64,000 nucleotides of DNA from Thermoanaerobaculia bacterium (GTDB lineage Bacteria; Acidobacteriota; Thermoanaerobaculia; UBA5066), in assembly GCA_963719225.1 (NCBI GenBank), contig CAVRAY010000001.1, positions 3,456,001 through 3,520,000 of the forward strand. Direction: 5' to 3'. The notes below the pieces were generated by a model that saw only the letters and a list, made by a program, of their open reading frames with translations, did no database searches and was not told where the DNA came from. The position numbers and the translations under genes were made by a program. Shown here piece by piece: positions 30,871 to 42,300 of this stretch. Numbering within the stretch: the stretch's first letter is position 1; every line of letters starts with the position of its first letter.

Positions 30871-33744
30871 CTACGGCGACGTGGCCTGGGGTAGGAAATT
30901 CTCGAAGACCCAGATGCCTTGATCCGGGAAGCCCGACGTAAACGCAATGCGGCCCCCGTCCGGGCTTACACGCACATCGCGTAACGCGGGCATCGAGAGC
31001 CCGAGGCTGCGCGCCGGTCCCCCGTCAAACGGCACCGTCCAGAGTTCGCCATGTTGCTTTTGCTCCTTACCAACGGGGACGGTGCGAACAAACAGGACGT
31101 GTCTTCCGTCGCGCGTCCATCCTCCGGCGGCAAGCCGGCTCGGTCTGGGCACATTGACGAGCTCTCTAGAGCCGCCCCCGCGCGTCGGAATCACAATCAA
31201 CCGGGAACTTTTCGCTTGACGCATGTTGAGGTTAAAGGCGAGCCAGCGGCCATCGGGGGAGATGGATAGATTTCCCAGGATGGAATCCGGAGGCGGCTCG
31301 TAGACGAGCTCTTCCTCTCCGGTCTTCGTGTCGATTCTCGAGATGCGCTGCGGGTCGCGTCTCAAGTAGGCGTGTCTTTCATCCGGGCCCCAGGCGACGC
31401 TGTTGAACGCGGGCACATCGCCAGGCTGGGAGAGAAACGTGGACACAATGCTTCCCGACTCGGCGTCGACCAGTCGAAGTCCGTGGACTCCCCTCCGGTC
31501 TGCACCTCCGATGGCAATCGATCGCCCGTCGGGAGACCAGCGCGTCCCGTTGACGAAATCCACATCCAACTCGAGCTCTCGCTCGCGCCCCGTAGCCATG
31601 GAATGGAGTACCAGAATGTTCCGTCCCGGTCCAAACAACGTCCGCCACGAGGCAAAGACAAGGGTGTTTCCATCGGGAGACCAGTCCGGAGAGATGTTCG
31701 AGCCAAGGAAGCTGCCTGCGGCGTTGGTCGGCTTGTCTTTGATCTCCGCAGTGACTGGATCGATCGGGACTGTGTAGACATCCATCAGGCCCGTTCTGTG
31801 GTTGTAGAAGAGAGATCCTTGCCGGGTGAGCGTGATAGGACCGAAGGGTCCCATGTCTTTGTCCAGAAACCGGGGCTGCCCGTCGGGCCGCCCGTCCTTG
31901 ATCGGCTGCAGCCAGAGTCCCGGTCCGCCGGTGCGCATGCTCGCAAACACCAGGCCCGCGCCGTCCGGCGTCCACATGGGATGTGAATCGTACGTCGGCC
32001 CTGTCACGACGGCGGTCTCCTGGCTCGCGTCGGTCGTTGAAAGGTAAATCCCGCGGTTCGTGTCGCCGGAGTTTTCGGCTCGGTCGTACGCGATGGTACG
32101 GTTGTCAGGCGACAGCGTTACCTTCCAGGGGCTACGCTCGAAGGTCCGGACGGGACGTACCGAACCGTCTAGCGCGGATATCAATATGACCTCGGTTTCG
32201 CTCGCGCCGCGCTGGCGCGTTCCAAGGATCTGGCGGCCGTCGAAAGACCACTCGAGGGGAAGTATCTCGGTCCCACCCTTGCCCCTGTAAAGGACGCGCG
32301 AGTTGACGCCCCCCGCGTCTATCACGCGAAGCTGATTGCACCCGCAGGATGCGTCAACCCAGTTATAGGCAACCTGGCTGCTATCGGCCGAGAGGATGGA
32401 TTCCGTCGCATAGTTCTCGTGGCCTCCATCTCCATCTTTCGTCAGAACGCGGCTGACGCCGGTCGCGAACTCGTAGATCGCCAGGTTCCCTGTCGCCAGC
32501 TCGGAGTAGGGGAAGTACTTTCCGTCCGGGGATGGCGTGCCCGCCACCATGACGGGGGGAATCTGCACCGCGCGTTTCTCCTGAGTCACGCCGACGTAAG
32601 GCGTACGGCCTCCCCGTGAACGCCCATCCCGATCAGCGTCGCCACGCCGCAAGAACGGGGAGACCGCGAGAGCGATCGCGATCAGCGAGACGGCCCCCAG
32701 GGCGAGCCCGTAGCGCTTCTTTTTGAGCGCCTCCGTCTCGCCCTGCAGGCCCTCGAGTGCAGCGAGCATCTCGCGGCTGGATTCGAACCGCTCCGAAGGA
32801 TTGGGATGAATGGCGCGGCTGATCGTGGCCGCAAGAGCCTTGCTCACGCCGGGAGCTAGCGTCACGAGGTCCAGCCGCTCGCCCCGCACGTGTGCCGCAC
32901 CGACGTCCTTGACGGTCGCTCCTCGAACCGGGTACATGCCGGTGAGGAGATGGAAGAGCACGACGCCCGTGCTGTAGATATCGGTCCGAACCGTCGCCTG
33001 CTCACCGTTGAAAATCTCCGGCGCGAGGTACAACGGCGTCCCGGCCGCATCCACAATGCAGGACGGTGTCTCTTCCAGCTCCCGCCCCGTCCCAAAATCC
33101 ATCAGGACCAGGCGTCCGTCGGCGGCCTGCATCAGATTCTGCGTCTTGATGTCGCGGTGGAGGAGGCCGGCGTCGTGCACCGCCGAAAGCGCCCTGCAAA
33201 GCTCGATACCAATCCGCGTCACCTCGGGTTCATCGAATCTCTTTCTTTCGTTGAGAATCTGCTCGAGATTGCGGCCGTGGATGAATTCCATCCACAGACC
33301 GACTCGGCCTTCGAGCTCGTCGGCATCGTAAACGGTAACGACGTTTGGGTGGCGAACACGCGCAAGCAGGCGCGCTTCCTTGAGAACGGTGGCTCCTTCG
33401 GGTTGCACTCTGCCGGCTTGTAAGAGCTTGACCGCCACTTCGCGGTCGAGCTTTGAATCCCAGGCGCGGTAAACCTCGCCGAACGATCCCTGCCCGATGC
33501 ATTCGCGGATCTCCAGCCTTCCCCAGCGCTCCAGTCTTCCCTTCGGGACCTCGGGCCGTGCGAGCTCCGGGATGTCGTAGATCAGGTTCCGGTGAAGTTC
33601 GGCGATGCCCGCCAGGACTTTGAGTTGCCGGACAGCTTCGCGTTCCGGCCCGCCTGAAGACGACTCCGCGGAGACCCAGTCGACGGCGTGTCCTTCGAGA
33701 ACGGCTTCCGCCAGCTCGTCGAGCGGCTGGCCTTCACCTTCCAC
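30871..33744 (-). CDS. Hanks-type Ser/Thr kinase with TM helix and extracytoplasmic PD40/TolB-like beta-propeller
   Basis: IGQGSFGEV, VAVK, HRDIKTQN, DFG, GTPLYLAPE; TM helix YGLALGAVSLIAIALAV; repeated (W/L)SPDG motifs; GTG 33744 overlaps the ECF end. Confidence 0.9.
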   Translation of the reverse strand: MEGEGQPLDELAEAVLEGHAVDWVSAESSSGGPEREAVRQLKVLAGIAELHRNLIYDIPELARPEVPKGRLERWGRLEIRECIGQGSFGEVYRAWDSKLDREVAVKLLQAGRVQPEGATVLKEARLLARVRHPNVVTVYDADELEGRVGLWMEFIHGRNLEQILNERKRFDEPEVTRIGIELCRALSAVHDAGLLHRDIKTQNLMQAADGRLVLMDFGTGRELEETPSCIVDAAGTPLYLAPEIFNGEQATVRTDIYSTGVVLFHLLTGMYPVRGATVKDVGAAHVRGERLDLVTLAPGVSKALAATISRAIHPNPSERFESSREMLAALEGLQGETEALKKKRYGLALGAVSLIAIALAVSPFLRRGDADRDGRSRGGRTPYVGVTQEKRAVQIPPVMVAGTPSPDGKYFPYSELATGNLAIYEFATGVSRVLTKDGDGGHENYATESILSADSSQVAYNWVDASCGCNQLRVIDAGGVNSRVLYRGKGGTEILPLEWSFDGRQILGTRQRGASETEVILISALDGSVRPVRTFERSPWKVTLSPDNRTIAYDRAENSGDTNRGIYLSTTDASQETAVVTGPTYDSHPMWTPDGAGLVFASMRTGGPGLWLQPIKDGRPDGQPRFLDKDMGPFGPITLTRQGSLFYNHRTGLMDVYTVPIDPVTAEIKDKPTNAAGSFLGSNISPDWSPDGNTLVFASWRTLFGPGRNILVLHSMATGRERELELDVDFVNGTRWSPDGRSIAIGGADRRGVHGLRLVDAESGSIVSTFLSQPGDVPAFNSVAWGPDERHAYLRRDPQRISRIDTKTGEEELVYEPPPDSILGNLSISPDGRWLAFNLNMRQAKSSRLIVIPTRGGGSRELVNVPRPSRLAAGGWTRDGRHVLFVRTVPVGKEQKQHGELWTVPFDGGPARSLGLSMPALRDVRVSPDGGRIAFTSGFPDQGIWVFENFLPQATSP

Positions 33745-34348
33745 GGGCCATCTCCTCGGCGAGACGCACCAGAGCGCGCTTCGTCGCCTTGTGCGCGGCG
33801 CCTGAAGTCGGCTTTCCGAGCAGGCGGGCGAGCTCCTCGTACGTATAGCCCAGCTCGACACGGAGAATGATCGCTTCGCGCTCCTCCGGCCGCAGCCGGC
33901 CGAGAGCGTCCTCGTAGCGCTCGATTTCCGCCATGCCAACCGCTTCCTCGAGGGGCGACCGTGCCTTGCCGACCTCGGTCCCCTCGAGCTCCATGTGCGC
34001 GGGCCTCCTCGCCACGCGGCGAATCTCGTCGCGGATACGGTTCATCACGGCCTGCCGGAGGTAGGCCTGCAGCGCCCCCTCCCGCTCGGGTTCGAACACA
34101 TCCATCCTGTTAAACGTCTGAAGCAGGGTTTCCTGGACAAGATCCTGCGTGTCGGCCAGATCGCGCGCCCATCGCGGCAGCCGCCCCTTCGCCCAACGCT
34201 GCAGCCGGGGAAGGTGCCGCGCGAAGAGCCGCTCGAGCGCCTGCCTGTCCCCGCTGCGAAAGCGCGCAATGAGCTGGAAGGTGGATTCCGCCTCGCCTGC
34301 GGGGTCGAATTCAGAGCCCGCACTGCCGGGTTCGGGAGACTTCTTCAT
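33734..34348 (-). CDS. ECF RNA polymerase sigma factor
   Basis: DTQDLVQET, AYLRQAVMNRIRD, LRPEEREAIILR..GYTYEELA..RALVRL. Confidence 0.9.
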   Translation of the reverse strand: MKKSPEPGSAGSEFDPAGEAESTFQLIARFRSGDRQALERLFARHLPRLQRWAKGRLPRWARDLADTQDLVQETLLQTFNRMDVFEPEREGALQAYLRQAVMNRIRDEIRRVARRPAHMELEGTEVGKARSPLEEAVGMAEIERYEDALGRLRPEEREAIILRVELGYTYEELARLLGKPTSGAAHKATKRALVRLAEEMARGR

Positions 34349-34476
34349 GAATACGGGACGACTTGGCGGCGATTCTAGTCCGCGGCTCCCCCAAAGCGAT
34401 TTCCACCAGCTTTTCAGCGATTTGGTGTCCAGAAATCTCTTCGGCGTCGTTAGTAGTGGGTGCGACGGTGAAGAGA

Positions 34477-34725
34477 ATGGACAGTTCTTCGGCCCCGAGA
34501 AGCAGTGACCCCGACACTGAGCTGCGCCGGCGCTTCTCGCTTACTCCCTCGGAAGCACGTATCGCTCTCCTGCTCGCCGAGGGCCTCTCTTATGCCGAGG
34601 TGGCCGACCGCCTCGGGGTCTCCTACCACACCGTGCACACGCACGTGAAAGCGATCCACGAGAAGGTGAACGTCAAGAGCAACGGCCGGCTGCTCGCGCT
34701 CATCCGGAAGGTGGAGGAACGCTGA
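34477..34725 (+). CDS. Stand-alone LuxR-type HTH protein
   Basis: LTPSEARIALLLAEGLSYAEVADRLGVSYHTVHTHVKAIHEK. Confidence 0.8.
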   Translation: MDSSSAPRSSDPDTELRRRFSLTPSEARIALLLAEGLSYAEVADRLGVSYHTVHTHVKAIHEKVNVKSNGRLLALIRKVEER

Positions 34726-34979
34726 GGTGTCCCGAAGGCAGGCAGAAAAATCTACCCAGTTCTGGCGATGGCCTGGGCGACCGGCCGGGAATAGGGTAAG
34801 CGTCAGTCAATCGCAGAAACAACTCTGAATCCAGCCTTGGGGCTCTCGGAGCAGTGCCACCCCTCGGAAACCGGGAGGCAAACATGCACTCTGCAGGTGG
34901 ATCTTCTGACCACGAGCGGCTGAACGACAAGCGGGAATCGAACCCTCAAGAGTGCCTAACTGAGGCGCTGCCGAAGAAG

Positions 34980-37900
34980 ATGCTCAGGGTCTTTCCAGCC
35001 GCAGCGGCTTCGGCTTGCGTGGGGCTGCTCTTGTTAGCGGTCTTTCTCCTGAATCGCTCCGCCACGGACCAGGATCGAGACAACCCCGCGGCTCCTGCCT
35101 CGGGCAAGAGAGTCGCCGTGACGCGCGCTCTCGAGCGCATGCCGCTCTACTTCATCGAGAATCGCGGCCAGCTCGATTCTCGCGTGGCCTATTACGTTCA
35201 GGGACGGGACACGACTCTCTACTTCACTGCCGAAGGAATGACGCTCGTCCAGACCGAGCGAAATCGCGGAGAACAAGGTTCGAAAAGGAAGCTGGAGAAG
35301 GCGTCGTTCAGTCGAGGCACCCCAGCACCGGAGGCGGGGAAACGTTCGGTCGTCAAGCTCGATTTCGTCGGAGCAAACCCGAATCCGGAGATCACGGCGA
35401 GCGACAAACGGCCTGCAGTCGTCAGCTACTTCAAGGGACGGCAGGAGAATTGGAAGGCAGGTCTCTCGACCTACCGCTCGATTGTCTACTCCGAACTCTG
35501 GCCAGGCATTGATCTGGTCTATTCCGGGGCGGCCAACCGGCTCAAGTACAGGTTTCTCTTGAAGCCAGGGGCCGACCCAACCCAAGTGAGGCTTGCGTAT
35601 CGCGGAGTCCATAAGATCCGCTTGAACGACGTGGGGCAGCTCGAAGTCGAGACACCTGCGGGAGGATTCCGGGACGACAAGCCGTGCGCCTGGCAGGAAG
35701 TCGACGGGCGTCGCGTGGAGACCGACGTAGCGTACTCGCTCGATCGGGCCTCAGCCAACGGACCGCACGGGTACGGATTCGCACTGGGCCCCTATGACCG
35801 TAGCAAGCCCCTCGTCCTCGACCCGGCTGTGCTCGTCTATGCCGGCTACATCGGTGGCAGCAGCAACGAGAACGGCAACGCCCAGGCCGGCATCGCCGTG
35901 GACAGCTCCGGCAACGCCTATGTCACGGGCTCCACGGATTCCACCGACTTCCCCGTCACCGTCGGGCCCGATCTGACTTTCAACGGAACGCGGGACGCCT
36001 TCGTGGCGAAGGTCAATGCGGCCGGCACCGCGCTCGTCTATGCGGGCTACATCGGGGGCAGCGGGGACGACACTGGCAACGGCGTCGCGGTGGACAGCGC
36101 CGGCAACGCCTACGTCACGGGCCAGACCGGCTCCACAGAAGCCACGTTTCCCGTCACCGTCGGGCCCGGCCTGACATACAACGGCGACAACTCCGACGCT
36201 TTCGTCGCGAAGGTCAATGCCGGCGGTACCGCGCTCGTCTACTGCGGATACATCGGCAGCATCAGAAGCGATTTCGGCAACGGCATCGCGGTGGACAGTT
36301 TCGGTAACGCCTACGTCACGGGGGCAATCTTTTCGGCGACGTCCGAGTGGGACACCTTCGTGGCGAAGGTCAAGGCCGATGGCACCGCCCTCGACTACTT
36401 CAGAGGTATCGGCGGCAGCGGTAGCGAGGTTGGCTACGGCATCGCGGTGGACAGCTCCGGCAACGCCTATGTCACGGGATACACAAATTCCACGAACTTC
36501 CCGGTGACCGTCGGGCCGGGCATGACTTACCAGAACAATGTCGACGCCTTCGTGGCGAAGCTCAACGCTACCGGCACAGGGCTCGTCTACTCAGGCTACA
36601 TCGGCGGCAGCGGCCAGGATGTCGGCACCGCCATCGCCGTGGACAGTTCCTGCAACGCCTACGTCACTGGACACACCCTCTCGGACGAGAGCACGTTCCC
36701 TGTGACCGTGGGACCGGACCTCACGTACAACGGCGGCTTCGATGCGTTCGTGACGAAGGTCAACATCGACGGTAGCGCGCTCGTGTACTGCGGCTACATT
36801 GGTGGCGGTCGCACCGACGCGGCCTACGGCATTGCGGTGGACACTGCCGGCAACGCTTATGTCACGGGAGAAACGGGCTCCGATGAGACTACATTCCCCG
36901 TGATCGGAGGACCCGACCTTGCATTTCACGGGCCCGGCGACGACGCCTTCGTGGCAAAGGTGAATGCCGCCGGCACCGCGCTCGTGTACTGCGGCTACAT
37001 CGGCGGCAGCGGCGTCGATGCTGCCTTCGGCATCGCGGTGGACGGTGCCGGTAATGCCTATGTCACTGGAGAAACCGACTCCACTGAGGCCACATTTCCC
37101 GTGACCGTCGGGCCGAGCCTGAGCTTCCGCGGTGGCAACGACGCCTTCGTCGCGAAGATCGCAGAGGTCACTCCACCTACCCCTACGCCGACGGATACGC
37201 CGACGAGCACGCCATCCGTGCTGCCGACGGACACTCCGATGCTTACGCCCACTCAGACACCGACCAATACGCCGACGCCTCTTCCGTGCGGTCCGATTCC
37301 CAACGAGTATCCGGTCCCCGCGGGTGGTAGCAATCCTATCGGCATCGCCGCGGGGCCGGATGGCAACCTCTGGTTTACGGAACACAGCGGCAACAAGATC
37401 GGACGGATCACTACCGGAGGCGTCATCACGGAATTCACCATTCCCACGGCGAACAGCGGTCCTCGCGGCATCACCGCGGGGCCGGATGGCGCCCTCTGGT
37501 TCACCGAACTCGGCGGCAACAAGATCGGCCAGATCACCACCGGCGGCGTTATCACGGATTTCACAGTTCCCACAGCTGTCAGCTTTTCGTTCGGCATCGC
37601 CGCGGGACCGGACGGTGCTCTCTGGTTCACCGAGATGAACAGCAACCAGATCGGCCGGATCACTACCGCGGGTGTCATCACGGAATTCGCAATCCCCACG
37701 GCTGGCAGCAATCCTGTCGGCATCACCGCGGGCCCGGATGGAGCCCTCTGGTTCACCGAGTACAACGGCGGCAAGATCGGCCAGATCACCACCGGCGGCG
37801 TCATTACCGAATTTCCCGCCGGCAGTAATCCTTTCGCTATCACCGCGGGGTCAGATGGCACACTCTGGTTCACGCAGAACAACAAGATCGGCCAGATCAC

Positions 37901-38525
37901 TACCGGGGGCGTCATCGCGGAATTCGCGGTTGCCAGCGCTGGCGGAGGCATCGCCGGCATCACCACAGGGCCAGATGGCACGCTCTGGTTCACGGAAACG
38001 AACGCCAACAAGATCGGTCGGATCACCACCGCCGGCGTCATCACGGAATTTACGGTCCCCACGGGTGGCAGCAATCCTTTCGCCATTGCTGCGGGGCCAG
38101 ATGGCGCCCTCTGGTTCACTGAGTACATCGGCAACAAGATTGGCCGCATCTGCACGTCGGCAACGCCAAACCCGACGAGCAGTCCGACGCCGACCCACAC
38201 GCCGACTGGAACTCCGACCAACACGCCAACGTCCACACCGACGAGTACCCCGACCGCGACCGCGACTCCGACGGCCACCGCGACGAGCACGCCGACGAGT
38301 ACGCCAAGTAACACCCCCACCAACACGCCGACGCCGACCAGCAGTCCAACCATCACACCAACGAACACACCGACGAACACCGCGACACCGACCTTTACGC
38401 CGACCCGCACACCAACGATTACGCCAACGCCGGGCAACACTCCAGTGCCGACCAATACACCGAGGCCGACGCACACCCCGAAGCCGACGCACACCCCGAG
38501 GCCGACGAAGACGCCAAAACCGTGA
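34980..38525 (+). CDS. Large surface protein: N-terminal FIENRGQ domain, 7 SBBP propeller repeats, 7 Vgb-like repeats, Pro/Thr-rich tail
   Basis: [26 protein letters not shown], 7x (G/A)(I/V)AVDxxxNAYVTG, 7x GxDGxLWFT, TPT tail; start uncertain (34854-34980). Confidence 0.85.
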   Translation: MLRVFPAAAASACVGLLLLAVFLLNRSATDQDRDNPAAPASGKRVAVTRALERMPLYFIENRGQLDSRVAYYVQGRDTTLYFTAEGMTLVQTERNRGEQGSKRKLEKASFSRGTPAPEAGKRSVVKLDFVGANPNPEITASDKRPAVVSYFKGRQENWKAGLSTYRSIVYSELWPGIDLVYSGAANRLKYRFLLKPGADPTQVRLAYRGVHKIRLNDVGQLEVETPAGGFRDDKPCAWQEVDGRRVETDVAYSLDRASANGPHGYGFALGPYDRSKPLVLDPAVLVYAGYIGGSSNENGNAQAGIAVDSSGNAYVTGSTDSTDFPVTVGPDLTFNGTRDAFVAKVNAAGTALVYAGYIGGSGDDTGNGVAVDSAGNAYVTGQTGSTEATFPVTVGPGLTYNGDNSDAFVAKVNAGGTALVYCGYIGSIRSDFGNGIAVDSFGNAYVTGAIFSATSEWDTFVAKVKADGTALDYFRGIGGSGSEVGYGIAVDSSGNAYVTGYTNSTNFPVTVGPGMTYQNNVDAFVAKLNATGTGLVYSGYIGGSGQDVGTAIAVDSSCNAYVTGHTLSDESTFPVTVGPDLTYNGGFDAFVTKVNIDGSALVYCGYIGGGRTDAAYGIAVDTAGNAYVTGETGSDETTFPVIGGPDLAFHGPGDDAFVAKVNAAGTALVYCGYIGGSGVDAAFGIAVDGAGNAYVTGETDSTEATFPVTVGPSLSFRGGNDAFVAKIAEVTPPTPTPTDTPTSTPSVLPTDTPMLTPTQTPTNTPTPLPCGPIPNEYPVPAGGSNPIGIAAGPDGNLWFTEHSGNKIGRITTGGVITEFTIPTANSGPRGITAGPDGALWFTELGGNKIGQITTGGVITDFTVPTAVSFSFGIAAGPDGALWFTEMNSNQIGRITTAGVITEFAIPTAGSNPVGITAGPDGALWFTEYNGGKIGQITTGGVITEFPAGSNPFAITAGSDGTLWFTQNNKIGQITTGGVIAEFAVASAGGGIAGITTGPDGTLWFTETNANKIGRITTAGVITEFTVPTGGSNPFAIAAGPDGALWFTEYIGNKIGRICTSATPNPTSSPTPTHTPTGTPTNTPTSTPTSTPTATATPTATATSTPTSTPSNTPTNTPTPTSSPTITPTNTPTNTATPTFTPTRTPTITPTPGNTPVPTNTPRPTHTPKPTHTPRPTKTPKP
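35820..37160 (+). repeat. Intragenic tandem repeats (~7 x ~190 bp; SBBP propeller blades)
   Basis: Recurrent gcggtggacag..ggcaacgcctatgtcacgg and ttcgtggcgaaggtcaa; boundaries approximate. Confidence 0.85.
37310..38150 (+). repeat. Intragenic tandem repeats (~7 x ~120 bp; Vgb-like blades)
   Basis: Recurrent ctctggttcac..aacaagatcggcc.gatcac; boundaries approximate. Confidence 0.85.
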
Positions 38526-38556
38526 CGAAACAAATCTCAGAGAGGGGGGACTCCTC

Positions 38557-39285
38557 ATGTCAGCCATAGGTCGCGCATCCGTCATTCTCTCGGCCTGCCT
38601 CATCCTGGTTCAATCCCAGAGCAGCCTGGGCAAGGGAGGCGGGCATCCTTCGAACATCCCGCTCACGACGTATTTCAGCGACCTCGATTCGAGCGGCCTT
38701 CCCGCGGACATCGCAAGCGATGGACTCGGGGCCTACAGTGACGGCGTGGCGGGCGTCACATCGTTTCTGACGACCAATGGCTACAACGGCATCGTGTGGG
38801 GCGACTGGCAGTTCGACACCTATAGCTCCACGACCCGGGCCGTGAACCACAGCCTCGACGCGGCTGATGCAGTCCAGCCGGGAGATCCGCATTACACCGT
38901 GACGGCGAACCCGCCCTTCTGGGGAACTCAGAACCTCAAATCTCATATTGAGGTCAAGTGCACGCTCATCAACAACGACATGCTGACGATGGCCGCAGGA
39001 TCCTCGTTCACATGCCCATTGATGAATCGATTCAACACCGCGGGCAACGTTGATTACGGCCTCAGCCCGGCATATTCATTTACCGGTTACGCGGAAACGA
39101 CCGATGCCCGCATCGTCTGCAACACGGCAGACGCGGGCGGCTGCAACGACTGGTTCATCGATCCGATCGGCCCCGGACCGGCAGTGGGACGGCTCACGAC
39201 AGCATCGACTTCGAAGAAGCCGGGGCCCCCCATCAATGATGGAAATTTCTACATGAGGTTTCACATTCACTTGACGCGCCCTTGA
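38557..39285 (+). CDS. Secreted hypothetical protein
   Basis: GAGGGGGGA RBS, signal peptide MSAIGRASVILSACLILVQSQS, beta-rich body with 4 further Cys. Confidence 0.75.
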   Translation: MSAIGRASVILSACLILVQSQSSLGKGGGHPSNIPLTTYFSDLDSSGLPADIASDGLGAYSDGVAGVTSFLTTNGYNGIVWGDWQFDTYSSTTRAVNHSLDAADAVQPGDPHYTVTANPPFWGTQNLKSHIEVKCTLINNDMLTMAAGSSFTCPLMNRFNTAGNVDYGLSPAYSFTGYAETTDARIVCNTADAGGCNDWFIDPIGPGPAVGRLTTASTSKKPGPPINDGNFYMRFHIHLTRP

Positions 39286-39373
39286 GACAAGACGGCTCGC
39301 TATCCACCACGCGGTGCGCTTGCGCTGGTGGGAGAACAGATATCAGGAAACTAGCCCTGGTCGGGGTGAAGGT

Positions 39374-42300
39374 GTGACTATAAACACGGGCTTCCGCTTC
39401 CGTCAGCGGTCCTTCATAGCTGTCGCGAGGCGTCGCTGGGTTCTGTCTTTCGGTCTGGCGCCGGTCCTGCTACTAGCGACCCTTGCCCTGAACTGCTCTA
39501 CCGATCTGGCCCGGGTAAGGCCCTACAGCGATTTGTCCTTGAAGCCCGCCTCCCTTCACGAGGGGCACCAGCCCGCAGCTTCCGCCTCGGAGAAGAAAAT
39601 CGCCGTGACGCGAGTTCTCGAGCGGATGCCGATCTACTTCATCGAGAATCGCGGCCAGCTCGATTCACGGGTGGCCTACTACGTCCAGCGTGGGGACACG
39701 GCTCTGTACTTCACTGCCGACGGGATGACCCTCGTGCAAACCGACCAGAGGCATGGAGAAAACGGCCCGGAGGGCGGGCTGGAGAAGACATCGCTCGTTC
39801 GGAACGGCATGCCGACACCGGAGGCAGGGAGCCGATGGGCTGTCAAGCTCGATTTCGTTGGAGCAAACCCGAGCCCCAGTATCCAAGCAAAGGATCCAAC
39901 ACCCGCCATCGTCAGCTACTTCAAGGGCCCGAAGGAGAACTGGAAGGCGGCCCTCTCAACGTATGGCTCGATCATCTACTCCGATCTCTGGCCGGGAATT
40001 GATCTGGTCTATTCCGGAACGGCCAACCGCCTCAAGTACACCTTCCTTGTGAAGCCTGGGGCAGATTCGGCGCAGGTTAGGCTGGCGTATCGAGGCGTCC
40101 ATGGGATCCGGTTGAACGAAGCCGGGCAGCTAGAAATCGAGACACCTGCGGGACGTCTCCAGGACGACAAGCCGTATGCGTTTCAGGAGATCGATGGGCG
40201 CCGCGTCCAAATTGACGCGGCATATTCGCTCGATCCGTTGGGAGCCGCAGCGTCATACCGATATGGATTCGCAATCGGGTCCTATGACCGCGCTAAGCCT
40301 CTGGTGCTCGACCCGACAGTGCTCGTTTATTGCGGGTACATTGGTGGTAGCGGTTTCGATCAAGGCCGCAGTATCGCGGTGGACACTTCGGGCAACGCCT
40401 ATGTCACGGGACGAACCGGCTCCTCCGAGCCCACGTTCCCCGTGACCGTCGGGCCGGACCTGACCTACAACGGCGGCGGCGTAAACGGCAACACTGATGC
40501 CTTCGTGGCGAAGGTCAACGCCGCCGGCACCGCCCTCGTCTACTGTGGCTACATCGGCGGCGGCGACTATGATGAAGGCTACGGCATCGCGGTGGATAGC
40601 TCGGGCAACGCCTATGTCACGGGAGTAACCTCCTCGACCGAGGCCACGTTTCCCGTGACCGTCGGGCCGGGCCTGACCTTCGGCGGCGGCACCTATGACG
40701 CTTTCGTGGCGAAGGTCAACGCCGCCGGCACCGCCCTCGTCTACTGCGGCTACATCGGCGGCAGCGGAGGCGAGCAAGGTAACGGCATCGCGGTGGACAG
40801 CTCGGGCAACGCCTATGTCACGGGGCAAACCAGCTCCGCCGAGGACACGTTCCCAGTGACTGTGGGGCCCGACCTTACCTTCAACGGGCCCTTCGGCGGC
40901 GGTTCGGACGCCTTCGTAGCGAAAGTCAACGCCGCCGGCACCGCGCTCGTCTACTGCGGCTACATCGGCGGCGGCTATGCGGATGCTGGCTACGGTATCG
41001 CGGTGGACAGTTCGGACAACGCTTATCTCACGGGATTGACCCAATCGCCCGAGACCTTTCCCGGCCTATTCCCCGTAACCGTGGGGCCGGCCCTGACCTA
41101 CAGCGGCGGCGAGGATGCCTTCGTAGCGAAGGTCAACGCCGCCGGCACCGCCCTCGTCTACTGCGGCTATATCGGCGGCACGGGCTTGGATCAAGGCACG
41201 GGAATCGCGGTGGGCTCTTCAGGCAACGCCTATGTCATTGGGACCACTTCCTCCACCGAGACAACATTCCCCGTGACCGTCGGACCCAACCCGACGTACA
41301 ACGGCGGCCCCCATGACACTTTCCTAGCAAAGGTCAACGCAGCCGGCACCGCGCTCGATTACTGCGGTTACATCGGCGGCAGCGGCAACGATTTTGGCCG
41401 GGGTATCGCGGTTGACAGTTTGGGTAACGCCTATGCCACGGGGGAAACCACCTCCACCGAGGCCACGTTCCCAGTAATGGTCGGGCCGGACCTAACCTTC
41501 AATGGCCCTCTCGGCGGATCCAACGCCTTCGTCGCAAAGGTCAACGCCGCCGGCACTACGTTGGTGTACTGCGGCTATATCGGCGGCAGCAAAGGTGGCG
41601 AGAGTGGCCAGGGCATCGCGGTGGACAGTTCGGGCAATGCATATGTCACGGGATCCGCCGATTCCGATGAGACAACGTTCCCGGTGACCGCCGGACCAGA
41701 CCTGACCTTTGACGGCGGCAGCGACGCCTTCGTTGCGAAAATCGGGACCAGCTGTTTGCCTCGGGCCGGTCCTTTGGCATCGAACAACGGCCCGATCTGC
41801 GCAGGTCACACGCTGCAGCTTGCGGCGTCGCCAATTTCGGGGGCGACATATAACTGGACGGGGCCAAACAGCTTCACTTCGAACCTTCAGAACCCGACGA
41901 TTCTGGCCGCCACGTCGGCCGCGGCCGGAACTTACAGCGTCACGGCGACAGTCGGCGGCTGCACGTCGCCGGCCGGGACGACTGCGGCCGTCGTCAACCC
42001 GACCCCGGCTACTCCGGTCATCACGGCGCCAGCGAACACGGCCGGGGGGACGAGAGGTTTGTCAGCGTCGGTGGTTCCACACGCGGGGGGCAGCTGGTTC
42101 TGGACGGTCCAGAACGGCACCGTCACGGCGGGGCAGGGGACGAGCCAGATTACCTTCACCGCGGGGAGCATCCCCGAACCACTGACTCTCTCGGTCATGG
42201 ACACGAATGCCTCAGGATGTGTGAGCGCACCGGGAATCGCCTCCGTTGCGATTGATCCGTTCGGACCGCCGTACCTCTTCTACACGGTAACGCCGTGTCG

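Noticed and set aside
35820-41745. Regularly spaced repeats as a CRISPR array or DGR template/variable repeats
   Set aside because: They are in-frame propeller blades with synonymous variation; no cas or reverse transcriptase gene is present.
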